Translations under genes and position numbers: made by a program
Assembly (NCBI GenBank): GCA_000996245.1
Contig: LBYP01000002.1
Location: forward strand, 5,352-69,351
Length of the DNA: 64,000 nucleotides
From: Parcubacteria group bacterium GW2011_GWA2_40_23
Lineage (GTDB): Bacteria > Patescibacteriota > Patescibacteriia > UBA11705 > JABHMO01
Reading direction: 5' to 3'
In this document: positions 41,301-48,879 of the stretch, piece by piece
Position numbering within the stretch: position 1 is the stretch's first letter
Layout: every line of letters begins with the position of its first letter
The notes under the pieces: generated by a model
What the model was told of the DNA's origin: nothing
Seen by the model: the letters and a program-made list of their open reading frames with translations, nothing else
Database searches by the model: none

Positions 41301-42001
41301 ATAAAGATGGTGTTAATGACATGGAAGTCTTGTTAACAGCGATAAATTCAGCAAATGATGTGAAATTAACAGTGAAGTTATTAGTTGGGGCGAGTATAGT
41401 CCCTCCAGGAGCCGTTGTGACACCAACTCCTGTAGCTGAAACACCCGCAACCACAGCTGTTACCACAGAGTATATGCCTCGTAAAGCTGCTGTGATTAAT
41501 CTTATGAGTGAACAGCAGGCCTTAACTGACTTCATTGCTTTGACAAAACTCGTACCAAACACGCAAGCCGACAACTGGGTAGTAGATTACCTTGCTTATG
41601 GTAATTCAACTCGTACCTTGGCAATGTCAGCTCGAGAAAGAAAGGGCATCTTGGAAGATTTTATCTCAATTTATGGCAACTTACCTAAGACTGAAAGTGA
41701 TTGGAAGGCTCTAGCTGAAATAGCGGCCGGTAAAGTCACTCCTAAGCGTGTTATTGCTCAGGAAGTTAAAGCGATCAAGGAATTCTTTAAAATCTTTAAG
41801 AAGACTGTTAATTTTAAAGATAAAACCAACGAATCCTTTGTTCACAAATTGTCTTATAGAATGCGAGTTGATCAGCGGAATTTAGCTAAGGAGCAAACAG
41901 CTTTAACTAAATTTATAAAAGTGTATCAAAAGAAGCCTTGGGATGGATATGCTTGGTCGATTGTGAGAGCACTCGCCTATTCTGGGATATTAGACAAATA
42001 A
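35315..42001 (+). CDS. Giant secreted/surface protein (2228 aa) with tandem Ig-like and carboxypeptidase-regulatory-like beta-sandwich repeats
   Basis: Signal peptide (...GIAGLIQPANA). At least five repeats of the pattern hydrophobic-T/S-I-S/T-G-x-V-x-D...G-V-Y-T-L. Confidence 0.7.
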   Translation: MYLYNIKIKFSMTKTIFMNRAFVSIIAVVTVFTMSGIAGLIQPANAANPPLDPPLTTALVYSNLVEPTNLTVGVDGSVLIADFDLQGNDQPLSSFMVYVEPVGDFDPATDLGAEGLASFTLGIVESPQGPDDVLLSFIGNTPMVGSGFFTGMYAYQLTPTGSDPLISSTLTTYYLNAVYTDTAVVGHSFVVKITSLSVASGESAAVFTNVVGGDPALLTTETMTFVEGEEPPPGGDGFSLVAYGPMQQMTIPKYAPVDFFFNEDLNSAVRADLDSYFQTDPVVAGNWNLYDEYWGENHIYHVGFFPADGWETGTSYNVKAAKSITNTEDEAFSLDLGGGDGFEYGDMASDELFYYFTVVGSDQEDSGYFPPMAFLGYPNNEMHNVPTSLQQIGVEFDRNDMDATTFTNENIYLVKVSPGGGEETVDDVELSPASGLSGSVSLSGFTLEANTKYRVYVTRDVMDSRGNRLAGQFSQGSEPGPFTSSFYTGGGSDQLIARYMGTNLNFFRNGAGQIVNVPTAENVRLSFDNPLMASSLTGNITIEPSLGCGEGGDLSLSYDANSFEAIVIPNCLFTASTSYTLSFEDLMSVTGTEVNAGSLVFTTGLADAAQPTINSVMADNYGLIIEFNEPMDTTLAENKGNYALKVRNDATDWAEVTATPLSNAVVRYESDNKTVFIDISLTAGSEYQVTVSSNLTDLSDNPLLTDGGVNVRTGYVMDASKFAGGQGNQGMGGSTFDMGNMGEMPIAVRPMSKLVGVTTKYFVDLPISQQINAGGKIEFWFPQGFITSAAIRDAQSPVNGDFNQPAPGKPSFANTDPAGTTSNGVANDGIGIIGERTIVIKLSEGTMPQDFLRIDLDGIVNSSTVKKEDTAGWQVSIMTYNSSGVMLEGLTSMPFYTSAGGTNSLTVDIDGVSDGDDGSLGVYLFSPMTGQIMQTATITGDESEGVADGSVTFNNLDDGQYEFFTDKNAQLDGNMYYGNSFMDSISLSGGEDETREIIFSDPATQDNLYALEVTLIGDFTTDGENDNVDIFAGSPNGFRVITASPGNTAGYPVTLYLPDGEWNVGMGPAMSATSTMASQIDWMPPQNQFVKVWNNGWNASVQEVILDSSNIEQYSISGSVVDENDVGIADVEVYAYQPQASFGKQSVKTQSDGSFVLNVGWPGVYTLGTNKNGFPESSQQSIAVNDDVSDVSFVLKKPAFTISGMVKDYNGNGVPNAPVWSYQTAGGFGWSGTSTDVTGSFILYVDTGTWMVESDPKSVGWMQYSDAIEITDESVSGITLQPDTDLDYVTITGNVSIDGNAYTYGPIRAVKYNANGSFAGQQYGGQTDSQGDYSITVPEGIYRVDIWAPGYGEIERTDSDDYPNNPANVNATSGNVDGVDITVGADDLIDVSVNFTNLDSGEYDGVSAFVTLSAVNLGTGIPTGYKNNIMIKNIADPTFDNIVKVKEGNYFAFVQVPGYGEFIPLEGQLNAATTPGYIDVGAGSTDSNTLTIDLPDVDNLITVTGSVIDAEESPVENAWVTINNMEKGFNRGVNTDSSGEFSINLPVLQSGNYNIAVGKPGYMAVTPEAVDLTDVNLNGIADALYEFTLQQQTALITGNIFADKDGGTNNVLDVGEGLAYGWIFAQETITGLVSNTPVDGKGYYQLGVVNGTWEVFGNADGYEQTQYKSGGVPATIVVNNGNQTNKNIELGLRADWNKKTKKSPMTLNQGGTIDDSASTGTGVKLVVPANAMGTSSSSGSFNISNTTSVGSSNTSRPFGMEGKVVSAVDADGQPITTLSDYIDIEMVVWKSEVDAEIAAERMTEMSDLLSAQLGYYDNSTDNWVALETTRVAYYQENEDDAEWKTYISDDETLNDYEAFITDALIDETFTAYFDYKLVFTAKTNHLTTFGVTTALGVAGGEESANDAPRSTSGAGSAVILVTETIVDKAITVPLSTSSSTVVLSKAGTMNFTSSGLAHSLTLKNVDVTGQSAILVVASTPFEVTAKLNKAELVDINKDGVNDMEVLLTAINSANDVKLTVKLLVGASIVPPGAVVTPTPVAETPATTAVTTEYMPRKAAVINLMSEQQALTDFIALTKLVPNTQADNWVVDYLAYGNSTRTLAMSARERKGILEDFISIYGNLPKTESDWKALAEIAAGKVTPKRVIAQEVKAIKEFFKIFKKTVNFKDKTNESFVHKLSYRMRVDQRNLAKEQTALTKFIKVYQKKPWDGYAWSIVRALAYSGILDK

Positions 42002-42006
42002 CGGAT

Positions 42007-42072
42007 AAAAAAATATACGGGGGTAGGGAACAAAAATCTTTGTTCCCTACAAACACCCGTATATTTTTTTTG
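42007..42072. terminator. Bidirectional intrinsic terminator between the convergent giant-protein and M23-peptidase genes
   Basis: A7, then ATATACGGG, then the 12-bp stem GTAGGGAACAAA/TTTGTTCCCTAC, then CCCGTATAT, then T8. Confidence 0.7.
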
Positions 42073-42081
42073 TAATTCTAT

Positions 42082-43269
42082 TTAAGGCAAATAGTTTAAA
42101 GGATTAACCGGAATTCCATTCAACCTAACTTCAAAGTGCAAGTGTGGCCCAGTTGTCAGATTGCCGGCGCCTTGGGTTCCTGGCATACCGCCTGTATTCC
42201 CTATTATTTCTCCCTTGGCAACGAATTCATCATTTTGCACAAATATTTTACTGACGTGTCCATAAACCGTAGAAAGACCGTCGCTGTGAATCAAGGAAAT
42301 GTAACTGTATCCCATACCTGCATTTCTAACGTTTAGCACATAGCCATCGGCTGGAGCCCTGATTGAAGTCCCTTGTTTAACCGCAATATCGATGGCTGGG
42401 TGTTCAAATAAATAACGAAACGGATAGCCGGGGTCATGGAATGTAGTGGTGATTCGGCGTGAGCTAAGAGGCCAATCAAAATCTGAAGAAGTTAATTGTT
42501 GAGGTTTAGATTTAAGTTTACTGCGCAATGCCTTTTCCATCTGCGCAATTTGCGCACTAACTGCATCCTGATCACGTTTTGCTTGCTTGTATAATTCATT
42601 GTACTTTTTTTCAGACTGTTTGGTTGTTACTAAAAGGTTATCTTTGTAACTTACCTCTCCTGTTATTTCTGTCTTTTTAAGCTCAAGATCATCTTTTAAC
42701 TGAGCATATTCTTTTTGCTTAGCTTCGAGCTGGCTTTTTTTGTCAACTTGTTCCTTTTTTACTGTTTTTAAATCCCCAAGTGTTGTTTGTAGATTGACTT
42801 GAAGGTCGCGGGTGTATTCTATTTGATTGTAAAAGTCAGAAATTGTGTTGTTAAGTAAAAAAATATGGAGTTCATTCTTTTGATCATTCTCATGTATTTC
42901 TTGAAGCACTGCTGAAAGGTTCAGTTTTTGATTACTGATTCTGTCGTTAGTGTTAATTATTTGAAGTTCTAGCTTTCTTGATTCTAACTTGGCTGTGTTT
43001 ATTTCTTGCTCCGTAGCCTTGATATCAAGATTAGTTTTGGCTATTTGATTGTCGAGAATTGAAAGTTGATTAGCAAGTGAAGCAGATTCTTGTTGTTTTT
43101 TCTTGATATTTTCTTGATAAATGGACATTTGCTTTTTGAGATCATTAGCTGCATTCTTTTTTTGCTCAATTTGCAGTGTTAAGTCATCAGTTGTTTCTGC
43201 TTGAGTTAAAAAAGGTAAAAATAAAAACACTAAGCTAAGTGTTAATAAAATTTTTGTTTTTGATTTCAT
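42082..43269 (-). CDS. M23 family metallopeptidase with N-terminal coiled coil (EnvC-like)
   Basis: Signal peptide MKSKTKILLTLSLVFLFLPFLTQA, long coiled coil, and a C-terminal HxxxD...HxH region (GPHLHFEVR). Confidence 0.75.
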   Translation of the reverse strand: MKSKTKILLTLSLVFLFLPFLTQAETTDDLTLQIEQKKNAANDLKKQMSIYQENIKKKQQESASLANQLSILDNQIAKTNLDIKATEQEINTAKLESRKLELQIINTNDRISNQKLNLSAVLQEIHENDQKNELHIFLLNNTISDFYNQIEYTRDLQVNLQTTLGDLKTVKKEQVDKKSQLEAKQKEYAQLKDDLELKKTEITGEVSYKDNLLVTTKQSEKKYNELYKQAKRDQDAVSAQIAQMEKALRSKLKSKPQQLTSSDFDWPLSSRRITTTFHDPGYPFRYLFEHPAIDIAVKQGTSIRAPADGYVLNVRNAGMGYSYISLIHSDGLSTVYGHVSKIFVQNDEFVAKGEIIGNTGGMPGTQGAGNLTTGPHLHFEVRLNGIPVNPLNYLP

Positions 43270-43302
43270 TTGTTGTAAATGTTGAAAATGTTTATCCCGC
43301 AT

Positions 43303-43380
43303 TTTAAGGGCTTGTCATGTAGTTAAAGAGTATACTTTATACTACATGGAACACTTTATAGTGCGGGATTCTAAATGTTC
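43303..43380. promoter_or_regulatory. Nested inverted repeats in the gltX / M23-peptidase intergenic region
   Basis: ATCCCGCA (43303) paired with TGCGGGAT (43373); CATGTAGT (43325) paired with ACTACATG (43350); AGTATA paired with TATACT at the centre. Confidence 0.35.
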
Positions 43381-43420
43381 AAATTCTTCCATTACATTGT
43401 AACACAACTGAGCCTAGAAC

Positions 43421-44956
43421 TTAAGATAAGAAGTCGAGGGCTTTTTGAATCCGAGCTAATGTTTTATCTTTCCCTAGCGCAGAAGCTAGTTCAAACGGTC
43501 CTGGTGATTTGTCTCGACCAGAAAGAGCATAGCGCAAAGGCCACAGAATTGAACCAGTATCAAGGTTGTTTTGTTGAATCAAGGCCTTGAGATCAACCTC
43601 TATTTTTTCTGAGTTGAATGATTCGTCTTTTAAATCTTGAAAATATTGTAAGAGAAGTTTTAAATTCACTTTTGTTTGTTCTTTGTCGGATTTCTTCCAG
43701 ATCAAATTCTCTGCAGGATATCCAAGATTGTTACTAAGCATAAAGCCAATCGCCTCTGGTAAGTCACTTAACTTTTTAATGCGACTCTTTTCGAGGGCTA
43801 AAATGCGGTTCAATTCAGTTGGTTTAATGCTCTCCCCTGTTTCGTTAATAACAATTTTATTGTCAGAAAAAGTCAAAAGTTCAGCTTTTTCTAAATATGG
43901 TTTGGCCAGTTCTAGGAATTTTGCTTCTGAAGATTCGCGAATATAAATGCCATTAATCCAATCTAATTTATCGACGTCGAAAACAGCACCTGCTTTATGA
44001 ACATTATCAAGTGAAAATTGATTAATAAGTTCATCGAAAGTATAAACTTCTTGTTCTGTGCCGGCGTTCCAGCCGAGTAAGGCAATAAAGTTCAAAAGAG
44101 CTTCTTTTAAATAACCAGATTCAACAAAATCAGAAACACTTGAATCTCCGTCGCGTTTGCTAAGCTTTTTGCGTTGTTTGTTTAATAATTGTGGTAAATG
44201 TGCGAATTGGGGCATTTGCCAACCAAAAGCTTCATACAATAAAACATGTTTGGGTGTGCTGGCAATCCATTCGTCTCCACGCATAACTTGAGTTATTTTC
44301 ATCAAATGATCATCAACAATATTGGCAAAGTGATAAGTTGGGAAATTATCTGCTTTCATTAAAACATAGTCATCGAGGTTCTTGGTATTAAAAATAATTT
44401 CGCCACGAATTAAATCATCACAAATTACATCTTTATTTTCGGGCATGCGGAAACGAATAACATGCGGTGCCCCCTGTTTTAAAAGCGTTTGAACTTCATC
44501 TTTAGATAAATCTCGACATAAATTATCGTATTTGGGTGCCAGTTTATTTTTAACCTGATCTTCGCGTAAAGTTTCCAGTCTTTCTTTACTGCAAAAACAA
44601 TAATAGGCTTTATTTTTGTCTAATAAATCTTGTATATGTTGTTGATAGATGTCTAGTCGCTGTGATTGCGTATAAGGTCCAAAATCACCTTTTTCCTTGA
44701 CCTTGCCATCTTTTGTGAGGTATGGACCTTCATCACCCGAAATATTAGCCCATTCAAGGACTTTAAGTAAATTTTCTACTGCTCCTGGCACTTTTCTTGT
44801 TTGGTCTGTGTCTTCGATTCTAATTAAAAAATTACCTTTATAATGTTTAGCAAAAAGAAAGTTATAAAGAATGGTTCTTAGGTTGCCAATATGAACAAGT
44901 CCTGTTGGGCTTGGAGCAATACGAACGCGTACATTTTGAGTATTAAGTTTTTCCAT
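43421..44956 (-). CDS. gltX: Glutamyl-tRNA synthetase
   Basis: RVRIAPSPTGLVHIGNLRT (HIGH-class motif) and a KLSKR-type KMSKS region. Confidence 0.9.
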   Translation of the reverse strand: MEKLNTQNVRVRIAPSPTGLVHIGNLRTILYNFLFAKHYKGNFLIRIEDTDQTRKVPGAVENLLKVLEWANISGDEGPYLTKDGKVKEKGDFGPYTQSQRLDIYQQHIQDLLDKNKAYYCFCSKERLETLREDQVKNKLAPKYDNLCRDLSKDEVQTLLKQGAPHVIRFRMPENKDVICDDLIRGEIIFNTKNLDDYVLMKADNFPTYHFANIVDDHLMKITQVMRGDEWIASTPKHVLLYEAFGWQMPQFAHLPQLLNKQRKKLSKRDGDSSVSDFVESGYLKEALLNFIALLGWNAGTEQEVYTFDELINQFSLDNVHKAGAVFDVDKLDWINGIYIRESSEAKFLELAKPYLEKAELLTFSDNKIVINETGESIKPTELNRILALEKSRIKKLSDLPEAIGFMLSNNLGYPAENLIWKKSDKEQTKVNLKLLLQYFQDLKDESFNSEKIEVDLKALIQQNNLDTGSILWPLRYALSGRDKSPGPFELASALGKDKTLARIQKALDFLS

Positions 44957-45220
44957 AATTTATGTAAATTTCATCAACATTATAGTCTATTTTGAGCAAC
45001 AAGTAAATGACAGTCAAGGTCAACGAATATATTGGCTAAATTTATTTAAAATATTGACATATCGTTTGAAGGGGTTGACAAAATTGTAATTATTTGCTAT
45101 TATTACCTGTTATTCAAGTGTTTACCTTAGCTTTTTGAGGCTGAGTTAATTTCCGCCTTTTAAAGGTGTAGTGAACACCACAAGTGATCTGTTCCCCAAC
45201 CATCCGTGAGGAGGTGCCTG

Positions 45221-46735
45221 ATGCTGTACCAGAAACTGCTCGATGCGAAGATCGGAGTCGGTCCGGCCACCATCACCAAGCTCGACGAGGCGGGTCTCAA
45301 GACCGCCGAGGCCATCCTGGCCGCCGGGCTCGACGGGCTGCGCGCCATCAAGGTCTTCCCGCCGATCGCGGGCAAGATCCTCGAGGTCGCGCTCGCCAAC
45401 CCGACGCCCGCCACCGAGATCGAGGCCGCGTCGGCCCCGATCATCCTCCACCCCGACGACGCGGCCAAGGTGGCCGAGGTCGCCCCCACCACCACGAAAA
45501 ACGAGACCCCCGCGGTCCTGGTCAAGCGGCAGACGGTGTTCGCCGCCAAGCTCGAGGAGGCCGCCAAGGCCAACGGTACGACGGTGGAGGAGCTCCGCGC
45601 CGCCGCCAAGGCCAACGTGCCGGCCGAGAAGCCGGTCGTGGTGACCCACAAGACCCTGGCCAAGCCCGAGAACGAGCACGTGAACTTCATCGACGTCGGG
45701 ATCGAAACCCCGACCGAGTTCACGAGCCCCGTGCGTCTGCGCGACTTCTTCGACAAGCTGCCCAAGGGGCAGGTGCCGGACAGCGCGCGCTACATCAAGA
45801 ACCTCTTCCCCGTCTGCGCGATGTGTCGCGCCGCGGGCAGCACGAAGACCCTCCAGATCGACCACGTGCACGTGCTCGTGGTCACCCGTCTCGACGGCAG
45901 CGTCAACAGCGGTTTGTTCTGCGACGACCACATCACGGTGGCGTACGGACAGGCCAAGGACCTGGTCAAGGACGGGAAGCTGAAGGAGGTCAAGATCATC
46001 TGGCTGCGCGAGGCGTGGGCCAACCTGACCCGCGCGTACAGGGCGCAGGTCGACGAGGCGCGCGAAGAGCGCTACCGCAAGGAGCGCGCCGACCGCCGCA
46101 CGGCCGCCCTCCGGGCCGTGATGGAGGATCTCGGCTCGGTGACCAGCGAGCACTGGATGACCGACGAGCAGCTCGGCAGCTACGTGTCGCCCATGGACGT
46201 CCCGGTCTTCACGTGCGGACTCGAGGCGAAGCAGGCCCGTGAGCTGCACCTCCTGCCCAACGACAAGGAGAAGGGTACGTTCAAGGGGCGCTGGGGGCGG
46301 TTCTACGACGAGTACGGCATCCGGCTCGTCATGCGGCCCCCGCAGGACCTGACCCAGCACAACACGCTCGTCCAGCACTTGCGGGACGACGCCAAGGCCG
46401 CCCAGGCCACGCCGTTCTTCCCCGTCGTCCTGGTCCGCCGTTACTTCGGTGACGACCTGGGCTGGCGCTACCTGGCGATCCACGAACTGGTCATCGAGGA
46501 GTTCGTGGCGACCTACGAGCAGGCGCACAACTTCAAGGTGCGCACCGGGGCCATGGCCTACGAGTGGCTGACCCGTCGCTGGGAGGTCCAGCGCGAAGAA
46601 GCCGCCAAGGCCGCGGCGCAGGCGTTCGCCAAGAGCGACGAAGGCAAGGCGCTGAACGCCTTCCTCAACGCCGCCCCGGACGACGAGGCCGCCGCCGACA
46701 GCGCCCTGTTGGCCGGCAGCGCCCACAAGAAGTAA
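45221..46735 (+). CDS. GC-rich 504-aa protein with N-terminal tandem helix-hairpin-helix motifs and a central HNH-like nuclease motif
   Basis: GAGGAGGTG SD. HhH motif LLDAKIGVGPATITKL. HNH-like motif CAMC..LQIDHVHV..(12)..NSGLFCDDH. Confidence 0.5.
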   Translation: MLYQKLLDAKIGVGPATITKLDEAGLKTAEAILAAGLDGLRAIKVFPPIAGKILEVALANPTPATEIEAASAPIILHPDDAAKVAEVAPTTTKNETPAVLVKRQTVFAAKLEEAAKANGTTVEELRAAAKANVPAEKPVVVTHKTLAKPENEHVNFIDVGIETPTEFTSPVRLRDFFDKLPKGQVPDSARYIKNLFPVCAMCRAAGSTKTLQIDHVHVLVVTRLDGSVNSGLFCDDHITVAYGQAKDLVKDGKLKEVKIIWLREAWANLTRAYRAQVDEAREERYRKERADRRTAALRAVMEDLGSVTSEHWMTDEQLGSYVSPMDVPVFTCGLEAKQARELHLLPNDKEKGTFKGRWGRFYDEYGIRLVMRPPQDLTQHNTLVQHLRDDAKAAQATPFFPVVLVRRYFGDDLGWRYLAIHELVIEEFVATYEQAHNFKVRTGAMAYEWLTRRWEVQREEAAKAAAQAFAKSDEGKALNAFLNAAPDDEAAADSALLAGSAHKK

Positions 46736-46755
46736 CGTTCAACAACGTTCGTAGC

Positions 46756-46799
46756 CGCCTCCCGAGGACTCATTTCTCGGGGGGCGCTTTTTTTTGACA
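46756..46799 (+). terminator. Intrinsic terminator (11-bp stem CGCCTCCCGAG/CTCGGGGGGCG followed by a T9 tract)
   Basis: Read directly from the sequence. Confidence 0.65.
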
Positions 46800-46855
46800 A
46801 ATATACACCTGAACTCTATGATTGTACTAAGTGGTACTGTTCTAAGGAGCGTGGC

Positions 46856-47473
46856 ATGAATGCGAAACATCTTCCTCCGCCCACTCCCACGACGCTCTCC
46901 GAAGCGTTTTGGCCCCTGTTCATGACGAACAAAGTGATGGTGCGTTTTGTCGGTGCGTATATCTGCTTCGGCGTGGCAGATGACAGCAACCGACTACTCG
47001 TAGTGTATGCACACGACACTGCCAGCCGATTGCATCTTCCTACACAGGAAGCAATTGCTCGAGCGTTCCCTCTGCGGAATGCCAAACAACAAGAATACAC
47101 CGGACCACATGATCTGCCAGTGTCGTACAGTGACATTCAACGAGTTCGCAACGTGATGCGTTATGAGTTTCTTCAGGAAAACCGGCGCGTCTTACTGCTT
47201 GTTTCGACTCCTGAGGAGTCGGTAGTTGAAAACCAGGAACAACTCATGTTCATCCAATGGAGTAGACCGAACCCACTTCAAATTGCTCGCATCGTCGAAA
47301 CTATTGGTGCGGATCGTGTCCACGTCGTACGAAAAAATGCGCTGGAAACGCGCCTCCTGGTGGAGTTGAAACCCAATGAACGATTGAAGTTCTCTGTGAC
47401 CGGTTGCCACTTCAGCAGCCCCTTTGCAACTGCGGCTCTGTTGCCGGTGCAGTGCGACACCTGCACTGCTTGA
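46856..47473 (+). CDS. Moderately GC-rich 205-aa protein, unknown function
   Basis: AAGGAG SD. Natural composition. Terminator follows. Confidence 0.45.
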   Translation: MNAKHLPPPTPTTLSEAFWPLFMTNKVMVRFVGAYICFGVADDSNRLLVVYAHDTASRLHLPTQEAIARAFPLRNAKQQEYTGPHDLPVSYSDIQRVRNVMRYEFLQENRRVLLLVSTPEESVVENQEQLMFIQWSRPNPLQIARIVETIGADRVHVVRKNALETRLLVELKPNERLKFSVTGCHFSSPFATAALLPVQCDTCTA

Positions 47474-47478
47474 AAATA

Positions 47479-47519
47479 AGCCAGCCTTGATCCTCGAATC
47501 TTGGCTGGCTTTCTTTTTA
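47479..47519 (+). terminator. Intrinsic terminator (AGCCAGCC-loop-GGCTGGCT followed by TTCTTTTT)
   Basis: 8-bp stem plus a U tract. Confidence 0.65.
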
Positions 47520-47529
47520 CAAAATAAAT

Positions 47530-48735
47530 CTAAATTTCATCAATAAATTTTTTGGTAAATTCTTGTCGAACCGGATGTAATAGTTTTAATAGTTCATCTT
47601 TTTTGACCCACTTGATGGCAGCGACTTCCCTATTTGGTCGGAATTGATTTGAGTCGATAGCCCCGCTATATTCTACTAAAAATGCAATTTGCTTTTGTCC
47701 TTTGTACCCATGAAGTAATTGATAATGTTTTGGTGAGATATAGGCATGTTCTGCCTTAATTCTTTTAACTACTTTCATCTTATCTAATTCGAATCCGAGC
47801 TCTTCATTAATTTCACGCAGGATTGCAATCTCAATATTCTCGTTTTTATCAACGCCGCCTTGTGGAAATTGCCAGTGATTGGGAAGATGAGCATTTTCTT
47901 GAATTAAATATAGACCGTCTTTGTTTTTTATAACGCCGAGAACATTGGCACGATATTCTGTTTTAATTCTTTTAGCCCATTTATGACATTCTAAAAGAAA
48001 ATCTGCGGTGGCATGTTTAATGCGCATCAACCTTTTTGGTTCTTGATAAAGTCTAAAGAGCCATTCCATTCCCAGTTCTTGCATTAACTTTGGCGCGCGC
48101 TTTATCTTGCCTGATAAAAAATCAAAAGATCCCCCGACACCCAATGCTATTCTGACTGATGATCCATACCCCTTATCCCCTATCCCTTTTCCCAAATTGT
48201 TTTCAATCCACTCCTCTTGTTCTGGCGCACCCAAACAGACAAACAATACTTGAGTTTGATGCTTTTTGATTTTGTCCAAAAGAACTTTATCAGCGATTGG
48301 AGTTTTAGCGGATAAAGCACATCCAAGTTTAACTTGAGGATATGAATTATCGAAAAACTTTTTTAGGTCCTCAAGCGTTGTTAGCGAATCGTTTCGTAGA
48401 AGTACAAAAACACGAGCCGAGTTGTTTTGGCCTAATAGTTCGCGCGTGAAGTCAGCGCCTGTGACTCGGTTTTTTAAATCTGTTCCAAGTATTTTGGCAC
48501 CGAGTTTGAGCCCAAAGCCATCTGGCAAATTTAAGTCTGCCGAGTTCAATGTGTCTTTGTATTCTTCCGAGCTTGCAGCTTTTAAGCAGATTTCTGGGTT
48601 GGGCGTATAAACGCTATGGGGAGCATCCGAGGCCATGAACTCCCTGGTTTTTTCAAGAAAATATTCCAAAGGCTGGTCGTCTATTTTAACGCCAAGAATT
48701 ATCGCTTTGTTTTGTAGGTCTTTGGGGACGTTCAT
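47530..48735 (-). CDS. Fusion protein: WecG/TagA-family glycosyltransferase (N-terminal) plus NUDIX hydrolase (C-terminal)
   Basis: TagA-like C-terminal WLFRLYQEPKR motif, then Nudix box GGVDKNENIEIAILREINEELG. The ATG at 48735 is preferred over the TTG at 48816. Confidence 0.6.
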   Translation of the reverse strand: MNVPKDLQNKAIILGVKIDDQPLEYFLEKTREFMASDAPHSVYTPNPEICLKAASSEEYKDTLNSADLNLPDGFGLKLGAKILGTDLKNRVTGADFTRELLGQNNSARVFVLLRNDSLTTLEDLKKFFDNSYPQVKLGCALSAKTPIADKVLLDKIKKHQTQVLFVCLGAPEQEEWIENNLGKGIGDKGYGSSVRIALGVGGSFDFLSGKIKRAPKLMQELGMEWLFRLYQEPKRLMRIKHATADFLLECHKWAKRIKTEYRANVLGVIKNKDGLYLIQENAHLPNHWQFPQGGVDKNENIEIAILREINEELGFELDKMKVVKRIKAEHAYISPKHYQLLHGYKGQKQIAFLVEYSGAIDSNQFRPNREVAAIKWVKKDELLKLLHPVRQEFTKKFIDEI

Positions 48736-48809
48736 AATGTTTTGATACTTGTGGGTAAACAAGAACAATATAGCAGATTTTTGCTTAAATTTAAATAACA
48801 CCACTAGAT

Positions 48810-48837
48810 TTGACAAATTATGGCTATCCCCTATAAT
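48810..48837 (+). promoter_or_regulatory. clpB promoter-like sequence (TTGACA-N16/17-TATAAT)
   Basis: -35 at 48810-48815; -10 at 48832-48837. Confidence 0.45.
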
Positions 48838-48840
48838 TAA

Positions 48841-48867
48841 TTAGCAGTCCTAATGTTAGACTGCTAA
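48841..48867. promoter_or_regulatory. CIRCE-like HrcA operator (TTAGCAGTC-N9-GACTGCTAA)
   Basis: One mismatch per half-site against TTAGCACTC-N9-GAGTGCTAA, with the exact 9-nt spacer; sits immediately downstream of the -10. Confidence 0.6.
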
Positions 48868-48879
48868 TTAACAAAAAAT

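Noticed and set aside
45146-46726. 526-aa minus-strand ORF and 352/133-aa plus-strand alternative frames across the HhH-HNH gene
   Set aside because: Low-complexity G/R/P-rich translations. Only the 45221 frame has an SD and protein-like sequence.
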